The notes beneath the pieces are model-generated. The model saw only the letters and a program-made list of their open reading frames with translations. It had not been told where the DNA came from and searched no databases. Below are positions 54,531 through 64,000 of a stretch of DNA of 64,000 nt, one piece after another. The first letter of the stretch is position 1; the number at the start of each line of letters is the position of its first letter. The stretch lies in assembly GCF_006345805.1 (NCBI RefSeq), contig NC_042998.1, forward strand, positions 67,270,001-67,334,000, written 5' to 3'. The DNA is from Octopus sinensis. Taxonomy: Eukaryota. The position numbers and the translations under genes were made by a program.

Positions 54531-55590
54531 TAAATCTGGAAGATCCTGGAAGAGATTGTGCCAAATTTTGGCGGCTTTGAAAGCTACACAAATGCCAAGA
54601 CGTGTCACCATTGCACAGTGCCCAAAACCCAACAATGACGTCGCGCTTCAGGACGAGTTACTGCAACAGCCTTGGTTTCAAGGGCCCATAGGTTTTTCTT
54701 TTTTAATATTCTCCCAAAAATCCTGAGGGACCTACACAAAGTGGTTGTAGGTATTTTGAAACCAAAACTATATCTCTTCCTGTCGAGGGGCCCAGATGAA
54801 CTTACTTTGCAGGAGGAGCCGCAAATGTGGGCAGTTACATCAAATTCCTTTATTCAACAAATGCCACATATCAGAAGGGGCTCTCGATAATAACAGTGTA
54901 GCAAAACGGCGGTAGCCCCAGCATAACCAAAGTTTTGAGCTGAAAAAGATTTTTAAAAAAATAAAGATACCTATGTTTATTACAGAACGATCAATTGAAC
55001 TATTTTTATTACATCATATTTGCGATCTAGTAAACATTTTAATGACATATCCGAAGATTTCTGTGGACTATGCCACTCGACGTATTAGATATAGGAGCCA
55101 GTTCAATTCGAGATCATGACCCGTCGTCATAAGTAACCGAATGAAATCTTACACTTAATAGCACAGCACAGTCATATCTGGAAATTCTTTGATATCACTT
55201 CGATGGAATTAGGAAAACTTGGAGCAACAACAAATTTTACGAGTACATCTAACATTATGCTTGTAATTTGTTTTTCAACAATTTCAATTATATTACAAAA
55301 TTTCAAAAGCACATGTTAACACTGAAATCCTATTACTAAATCACTATAACTTATATCCTATATCCCAGTTATCTTCATTGATACATTAGTCTTAAATCTG
55401 ATATTGTAAATGTCGTATCAGTTATTCGAAATATTTCTATGAAGACTTTACTGAATAATTATATAAATACGTTTGTCGATCTCTTTCTCGCTCTTATGTT
55501 CTTTAACAATAACTCACATTGTGTATTCTTGTATTCTGTACACACACGGGCTTATACATATAGTCATAATTATAGATGCACACATATCTA

Positions 55591-55630
<40 letters not shown>

Positions 55631-56024
55631 TACACACATTTGTGCTTATAACACGTTCAAAGAGATAGTGTTTTACATACATAGAGAATATGTGCCACGA
55701 GATATTCATCTTAGTATAGTAAACTTCAGCTAAAAACTCAGAGAGATAAGAAATATACTTATTGTCTAGTATTATAGACATTGATGTGAAAAAAAGTCTA
55801 AGAGTATATCACACATATGAAAAGAACAATATTAGGTTGTGACTATATTAAAATAACTCTGCTTATTCTGTCTATCTAATATTCTTGGATAAATACTCTT
55901 TAAGTGTTTCAAAAAGATGGCGCCTTTAAGCAGGTCTCAAGAAGTAAATGGAGCGAATATTCCATGTATTAACATGTTGTTGTTGTCGTTGCTGCTGCTG
56001 TTGTTGTTAGTATTATTAATTCGA

Positions 56025-56235
56025 CAAGGCAACAGAATCCTTAACATGATGGATAAAATGCTTAGCAGCATTCCGAACGTCTTCTCGTTCTGAGATCAAA
56101 TTCCGCCGAAATTGACTTTGCTTTTCATCTTTTCGCGGTAAATAAATTAAGTACCAGTTGAACGCTGTGGTCGATGTAATCGACTTACGCTCTGCCTCAA
56201 AACTGTTAGTCACACTGTGGCTAAATTTGAAACGA
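56025..56235 (+). mobile_element. SINE family B (diverged)
   Basis: ctgagatcaaattccgccgaaattgactttgcttttcatc...aattaagtaccagttg. Confidence 0.8.
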
Positions 56236-56722
56236 GTAGTAGTTGTTGTTGTTGCTGTTCTTTTTGTTGATAGTGGTGGTGGTGGTGGCGTTCATCTATA
56301 TACAAGTGCGCATGCGTTTTGAATATATATATATAAACCAACACGCAGTGTAGCCGTAATCGAGTAAGATGAATTTTCGGTCATGTGGATAAATACCGGT
56401 CGAATAATATTGAAAATCTACTGGTGTGTGAGTATTCAATCGTGTGATCGCCTAAGCAAGTGTAAAATACGGGATTGAAAAGATTCGCTCGCTTCTCATG
56501 ATCTGCTGGTTAATGTGAGGAAACCATCAGAAGAGAAACATCTTCAAAATATGGTTTTAGGTAATGGAGAGCCTAATATAAAGCCCTGAGAGAACTTCGG
56601 CATACACTTAACCAGTTACGGTGACGCTAGGATATTGAACAGCAATTGTTTCCAAGTTATATGTTATACGTCTTGATATAGCAACTGTGCAGCAGGTGAC
56701 AGAATTTAGAATATGAAAATAT

Positions 56723-56770
<48 letters not shown>

Positions 56771-56794
56771 GCGTGTGTGTGTGTGTGTGTGTTT

Positions 56795-57105
56795 GTGGAA
56801 AATTCTACAACGGCTACTACCTAATTTCGGCATTCAATGTCATACAAATGCTACAACTGGCCGCAATTGTATTGTACTAAAGCTACCATCCACTCCATCT
56901 CTATTCAGGGCGTGTTACTGCAACAGTCTTCAATGCCCTGCCACAAAAGTTAAGAAATCTGCAAAAGGTAGAAGTAGATGACTTCAAAAAGGAACTAGAC
57001 ATTCTCCTCCCCACAATATCGGATGAAACAACAGCACGATATGAGGTGCAGACAAGGGCAACGGAATCAAGTTCCCTTCTAGGACAAATAGACCAACAGC
57101 TAAGA
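56795..57105 (+). mobile_element. CR1-type LINE extreme 3' fragment
   Basis: Reads WKILQRLLPNFGI...GRNCIV, then FNALPQKLRNL...FKKELDILLPTISDE. Confidence 0.75.
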
Positions 57106-57164
57106 CAAGGGCGCGTACAGGATTAGTGATGTGAAACATCACAGTCGGAGTGAGTTAAATAAAA

Positions 57165-57222
57165 CACGGTGGTGCTCCAGCATGACCGCAGTTGAAACGA
57201 GTAAAAGAATAAAAGAATAAAT
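57165..57222 (+). mobile_element. 3' tail only of SINE family A
   Basis: gtggtgctccagcatgaccgcagttgaaacgagtaaaagaataaaag then a TA tract. Confidence 0.7.
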
Positions 57223-57224
57223 GT

Positions 57225-57272
<48 letters not shown>

Positions 57273-57934
57273 TGTATGTATATATGCATACATATATATA
57301 TATATATATATATATTCGTTTCTATACCTATATATAGAGAGACAGACAGACAGAGACAGTGGGTGTGTGCGCGCGCACGTATGCGTGCGTGTCTGTGTGA
57401 CGGATAAACAGAGAAGGAAAGAGAGGGCGGAAGGGAAAGTCTTTGAAATATTTGTGTATTTGATTCTTTTGCATTCTTTTTTTCTTCGTTTTTGGTTTGC
57501 TATACTCATTCCAGGGTCAATAGTAATTTATCGATTATATATAATTGGAAAAACGTCTTAAATGTTATTGATTATTGAATATAAGGCAGGCAGTAATTTT
57601 TTCTTATTATTATTGACGAGATCGTTGTTGCCATAAGCAAACATCAGCAGGGGTTAATATAAAGTTGATAGAAGACAAAATCGGATTAAACTATCGGCAC
57701 AGCAGTAGAAGATAAAATACGATTAGGAGCAGCAATACGGAGTTTGTCTTTTAGCTGCGTCTAATATCATGTATCGCAGCATGATTCCACAGATGTGAAA
57801 GTAGAAGACAAAATTGTCTAATAATTACATACACGTACGCACTCACGCACACACGCACACACACGTTACATAACTGAAGGTCCCTGACCAAATATCTGGA
57901 ATTGATAAAACCTATATATATATTTATTTATATA

Positions 57935-58129
57935 GGTACAGGTGTGGCTGTGTGGTAGAAGTTTCCTATCCAACCACATGGTTCTGAGTTCAGTCTTATG
58001 TCTGTGAAACCCTGGGCAAATGTTTTCTACTATAGCCTCGGGCAGACCAAAGCCTTGGGAGTTGATTTGGTAGACGGAGACTGAAAGAAGCTCGTCGTAT
58101 ATATATATACACTCACACACACATACATA

Positions 58130-58185
<56 letters not shown>

Positions 58186-58447
58186 TAGATAGATAGATAT
58201 ATATATATATATGTCTATGCTTGTGTGTGATTGTTCCCACCACCACCACCACCACTACCACCACGCCAATGTGGTGTGTTTATGTCTCCCATAACTTACC
58301 GGTTGGGCGTAAAAGACTGGTAGAATACGTACTAAGCTTAGGAAGAATAAGACCTGAGATCGATTTCTTCGACTAAACCCCTTTAATGCGCTGCTCCAGT
58401 GTGGCCGTAGTCAAATGATTGAAACAAGTAAAAGAAATAAAAGAAAT
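57935..58447 (+). mobile_element. SINE family A with expanded internal TA/GATA microsatellite
   Basis: Colinear with the other family A copies. Internal tract of about 150 bp. Confidence 0.85.
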
Positions 58448-58465
58448 ATTTTTTTTTTTCTGTAC

Positions 58466-58507
<42 letters not shown>

Positions 58508-61212
58508 GTACAGAGAAAGATGAAAAGGAGACGTCTGAAATGCCAGTGACGACAAGGAGGATGATAGTATTGTTAGTGGCTGTGGTAACGGTGGGTACTG
58601 GTGATATTTACGATCGTAATGAGGATGATGATGATAAGGAGGAGGAGGAGGAGCAAGAGGAGGAGCAGTAGGAGGAGGGGAATATCGAAGAAGTGGAGTA
58701 CAGGGAAGAGGTTTATGACGGTTGTAATGTTGGTGATAATGATGATATTGATAATGAGGATTTTGATCATCATGTCTATTGTTCTTGTTGCTATTATAGT
58801 TATTACTATCACTATCATCATCATCATCATCATTATTATTATTATCTTCGTGATCGATTACAGATTATGAAGCATAGAAGCGGGGCGGAAGGAATGTAGT
58901 CAAGCATTTGTATTGCTATTATATTTGATTGACATCAAATATCTTATACAACTATCTACATTCCAATGAATTGATACCTTACTTCTCAAACACGCATAGC
59001 TGATTGATAATGTTCTCATCTTTTCTATTTTTCTTTTTTTTTTATTACCTCTGTGCTAAAGCAGCGGATATTTTCTTTTTCTTTCACGGTCCAGTAACCA
59101 AGAATTCATATTCTTCACACACAACAATGTTACTTCTCCAAGAAGTGTTTATTCTGTGTTTAATGATCGTAGATGCTCTGCGACGACTTCCTATAAGTAA
59201 ACGCCAGTTATACATCATTTATGAGAAACTATGGAAGAAATATAATGTAATAATGTTTAATACATAGGACTTAATATATTGTGAGATTCAATTGACTAAC
59301 ATCAATCAGCGCAATTGAACAACCACAGAGCTTGCTTCTATACACTTAGGAAGATATTAGGTTAAAGAACATTGAGTTGGAAGGAACGAGGTAGGAAGAT
59401 AGACTGTACAAATAACAGTGAATTGGCATAAAACAATCTGAAAATTAATATTGTCTTCTTTTGACCAGGCTTAGATTTCATGATTATAAAGGAAAGAGTT
59501 CGACTTTAGGGAAGTGATTTAATACTATTTCCTTTGGTGAACACAGAGAAGCGCAATGCCAATTGATCCGTATTGAAGTTCAGTTCTGATGGTAGAGAGG
59601 TGAAAGAGATAGCTGTAAAGCATTCAGTCATACGTTCTAATATTTATGCCTGCGCATCGCTGTAGTGATTCCCTAACAATCGTACGATCTGCTTAACGCA
59701 GCATCAAAACTTCTACAGATTATGCTTACTGCCTTAAAGAAAGTCAGGACAATGGTACCGTAGTACCATTGCTCTGACTACGGTTTTGTTCCATCAACAA
59801 TAACAGTTAGGCAACCAACGTCTCCTCTGAGTATTAAGTACAGCGCTGATGAGATTGTTCATCTATTTCTTGAATTTTCATTTAATCAGACAAATTGCTC
59901 AGGAGTTATTTTTACGGATTTCTACGATCTGAGATCTAGTTAACCTTTCATTATTTCGGGGTCCATATATAAAGTACTAGTAATGTATTGAGGTCGATAC
60001 TTCTCGCTCTTTCACACTTTTTTTAACCGAGTAATACCCCGATTACTTGACTAATCAATTAATAGAGCAATCGACCAATCATTTGACTTATCATCACTCG
60101 CGACCTCATGAAGCACATGCTATCCTTAAACAGCTTTCTCCCGTTGCCTACAAATTCTGAGTCACTTGGTGACGTGTAGCGTTTTCGTTGTTGCGCGTCA
60201 GCAAATGTATGGAAGAGAGCTTTGACGGCACTAAACGTGGAAGGGTATACGTTATTCTGTGAGCTTTGATATTCTGGGAGGAAGTAAGCAATTTTTTTCC
60301 ACCCACACATGCATACCACACACACAAACACACATGAGCATGCACACACACATACACATACACGCATACACTCTTTTTCACAATCTATGCAGATAAAGGC
60401 AGAAGCCACTACCATGTGCGTTCTTTTTTCGGTTAGATGCTGGATAGTTTCAGTTAACAGTAGCTTATCTGAATGAAGGTCTACCGCATTGATATTCAGT
60501 GCTGGTCTAAAACAAGTTCTTTCACCATATTTTTGGCAGAGTAAGTGAAGATGATTTGTATCCATTATGATTATAATGATGCTAATGAAGATGTGCAAGA
60601 GGTGTGGGGAATAAGGGTATATATGATTTAATAGACCGCTGTAGTGATGAAAGGCAGATGTATTTTTATGTAATACAAAACTTGTGTTTTATTTATTGTC
60701 TTCTGTAGAATGGTTTAAAGTTAGCTTACAACTTTTAAACTAGATTTCTTAATCGAAAATCGATATAATTAGTTAATGAAATAAGGCATGTCATTCAACT
60801 AATTAATTATTGCGATTTATTGCTTCGTTTCTACCATTTATTTTAATATGCAGCTCGTATCATTCATTGTGACATATGAAAACCTTTATGGCATCTGTTG
60901 AAAGCAATAACCTTGAAAAGGCAAAAATGTAGCACTGATTTTCAACACCATTTTTGGAAATGCTGATGATTTTATGCAGAGCGAGATATAAACGAACATT
61001 GACAATATATCTATTAGTGCTTTTCAATATTTTATATACATTATATAAAAGTTATAAATGGCTCCCGGTTAAGTAATATTGAATAAATATGCATGCTATC
61101 TTTCTCTTATTCGTTCAAAAATGTATTTTTGCACTATTTCCAGAAATATACATTTTATAAATTTATTCTCAGAATAATATTCTTGCGTTTCGCTTGATAT
61201 CAGTATTTATAA

Positions 61213-61245
61213 TTTGTCTTCTTTTTTCGTTTTTTGCAGGTGAGT
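61213..61245 (+). other. Recursive-splice-site-like motif (polypyrimidine-CAG|GTGAGT)
   Basis: tttgtcttcttttttcgttttttgCAG|GTGAGT, with AG at 61238-61239 and GT at 61240-61241. Confidence 0.45.
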
Positions 61246-62174
61246 TTTGTTCCATACTTACTAAAAAAGAACACATGATCTAAGGTCTGTATGAACGCAT
61301 TCTAAAGTTTCTATTAAATTAATTACGGTGGATATGTATTTACGTTTGAAGCAAGTAACTGTGTTCACATAAAATTAATACGTTAGAGAATGAAAACGTA
61401 TATGCTTGCTGGAACTCGGATTTTCTTCGTTTTAACTTACTTACGTTAGCTAAAAAATATTCTAATTATGGTTGATTTCCCACACACTCTACTTCAAATA
61501 AGATATTCAATTATCAAAAGTTATCTACCAAAGAAATGCTTTCCTATTAAACTGGAAGATGTATTTCTTCTATCAAATTTCTCACATAACAATTTCAATT
61601 TACATGTACTAGTACTACGAATTACTTCATCTTTAAAACACCTGTATGCCATAAACAATATTCCGCAGTTTTTCTATGAGTTATATAATACACTTTGTAC
61701 TTGGTCGGCACAGAATGTATTTATTCATGATTTTGGTTAAATAAGTGAACTCCTAGCAAGTTATAATATTAAATAATATTATCTGAGAAGTATGAGACAA
61801 TTTTGCAAAGCTGCTTGGCGCTACTTATTTGCTACCGTGACAATGACTTAATTGACATTAGGTGTTTTAAGGTCTGACTGTCGGTGTGTGTGCATGCATG
61901 CTTTTCTCTCTCTCTCTCCTCTCTCTTTCTCTCACTCTCTGTATCTGCATGTGTGAACCTCCAATTATGTTTGTACGTCAGTTTAAGACATTTTTCCATT
62001 CCTATCTGTACGTGTGTATTTCTTCGTGTGTACCCATGTTCTTGTGCGATTGTCAATTTCATTTAACACAGTGCTTAATCTATCGATTCCAATCACGGTG
62101 GGATTTGAACTCAGATAAACAAATAAGACTAAATATGTCATATTATAACATTACATATTTATTCTTATTCGTCT

Positions 62175-62300
62175 ATATTTAAGTTCCGAGTTCATATTCC
62201 GCCGTGGTCGATTTTGCCTTTCATCCTTTTGGAATACATAAATGAAATTGACAAGCCCCCTCCCACCAAATTTTCAGACCTTGTGCCTACATTAGAATGT
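62175..62300 (+). mobile_element. SINE family B fragment
   Basis: gagttcatattccgccgtggtcgattttgcctttcatccttttgg...gaccttgtgcc. Confidence 0.7.
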
Positions 62301-62671
62301 CTCCAAGACTCATCCAGAGACCTTATCCGAGAAGTTAGAAAGTCAATTAGGTATTATACATAGGGTGTTTAATACCTGCTATGTTTTTGAACGTCTACAA
62401 AGCCTTGTTTGCCTTTAATTATTTTGTGAATTAATTATTTGATTTATCTTTTAATTCCTTTTTTATCTTAGTTCCTCTTAATTACATTATAATTATGTAT
62501 TCTAATTTTTAATTTTGTTCAAATCGAATATCTTCTTTTATGAAAAGTATATCGGCTAATTTCCTTTAGAATTTATATTAACTCAACTTGTCCTTTATCT
62601 ACGCATAGCCTATATTTAGAATTAATACTGACCAAATGACATTCTTCATGACCTATATATATATATATATA

Positions 62672-62704
<33 letters not shown>

Positions 62705-62768
62705 TGATAAAACGGTAAGATAACAAAAGAAAGAAAGAGACCTCAATATTATGTAAATAGAGGAAATT

Positions 62769-63037
<269 letters not shown>

Positions 63038-64000
63038 CATCTACTGAACTGTTAAGGTCAATATACCTCTTCTGTATATTTGAGTTGGTCAGAATGGATA
63101 AATTTTGACATACAGATTCTTCAAGTTGAGAGTAGGATTAAAGAAAGTAAATATCATATTACAATTTTAGCACGATCTGATAAATACAATTTTTAAGTAC
63201 GTCTGCTGAAATACATTCCGAATACTTATACTCGTAAAATATTGTTATGATTTACTACATACTATCATCATATCAGTTGCTCTCTATTTCAAGTAGTATG
63301 GTATAGCTTTGATTAGAATAGGACGATGTTTAACTTCTATATCTTTGTAGAATCTCAATAGATCAAAAATGAGGAAAGTCAATATGTATGAATACATCAT
63401 AGAATTTTAGATTTTTCAATCTGCGTAAACTGTATTTAAACAAAAATTTATGATTTTCCAGTTTTTTACCTTTTTTACTTTACTCTGTGATCTTATACTA
63501 AATTTGTTTAGTGTTTGGACTTTGGGTTAAAAAACTTGACAGACAGCGAAAAGTAATTTTAAGGCCTTCGTGGATTACAATGGTTCTTGGTGGATATTAA
63601 TGTTAGCCAGGTTTCGCTATTGCAGTGTTATAAACACTCTGTAGGAAGCAAAGTTGCCTAACGAAATTGTCCATCGAAAGCCATAATCATCTACGTAGGC
63701 TTTAGAGTAATTTTCTATGCTTTTATTTTTTATGGCTCACGGGTTTCATGGGTCGACACTTATGAAGCTGGTTTCAAATGAAGGGATCATGCATTTATAT
63801 CAGGTTTCCAGAAGATCCAAAAGGCACGTAAAGTTATGTAAGTGCTACAGAAGGATCGCTGTTAGACTCCTGCTTCGATAATAGTATGAGTGAGGAGTCT
63901 AACGCGGGTCGGGTGTAAGCGTGTGTAGGTTAAATAAAATGAGACAACAAAACCAAGGTAGTGTGAAATTTCTGAGATATTTTACAAAGGGAAGGGGAGT

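Noticed and set aside
58530-58900. Acidic and His/Tyr-rich ORFs
   Set aside because: Compound degenerate trinucleotide repeats (GAT, GAG, CAT, TAT).
60059-60598. 179-aa minus ORF with a good acceptor at 60274/60273, and a + strand donor CAGA|GTAAGT at 60540/60541
   Set aside because: The ORF runs through a TG repeat, has no strong downstream donor and no recognised homology. The + donor has no convincing open exon upstream.

Overview
AT-rich, microsatellite-saturated animal DNA. The SINE, LINE and Penelope families resemble, from recall rather than a database search, those of a coleoid cephalopod, probably Octopus. I cannot identify any host protein-coding exon with confidence, and the window reads as a very long intron or intergenic tract. 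Nearly all ORFs in the track are microsatellite or AT-rich artefacts. The protein-like ones are decayed transposable elements: R4/Dong-type RLE LINEs, CR1-type LINEs, Penelope-like GIY-YIG elements and Tc1/mariner transposases. Two tRNA-derived SINE families recur throughout. Best observations: (1) a 279-bp insertion with a target-site duplication (TSD) at 16602-16880, folding back as an inverted pair of minimal hammerhead-like motifs with an unusual G3-C8 core; (2) a polypyrimidine-CAG|GTGAGT recursive-splice-like site at 61239/61240; (3) several long fold-back inverted repeats, including a perfect 136-bp palindrome and a nested dsRNA-forming cluster at 48.5-50.1 kb; (4) apparent partitioning of retroelements between (TA)n and (TAA)n microsatellite targets. 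None of these is validated, and the window may simply be ordinary repeat-rich non-coding DNA.
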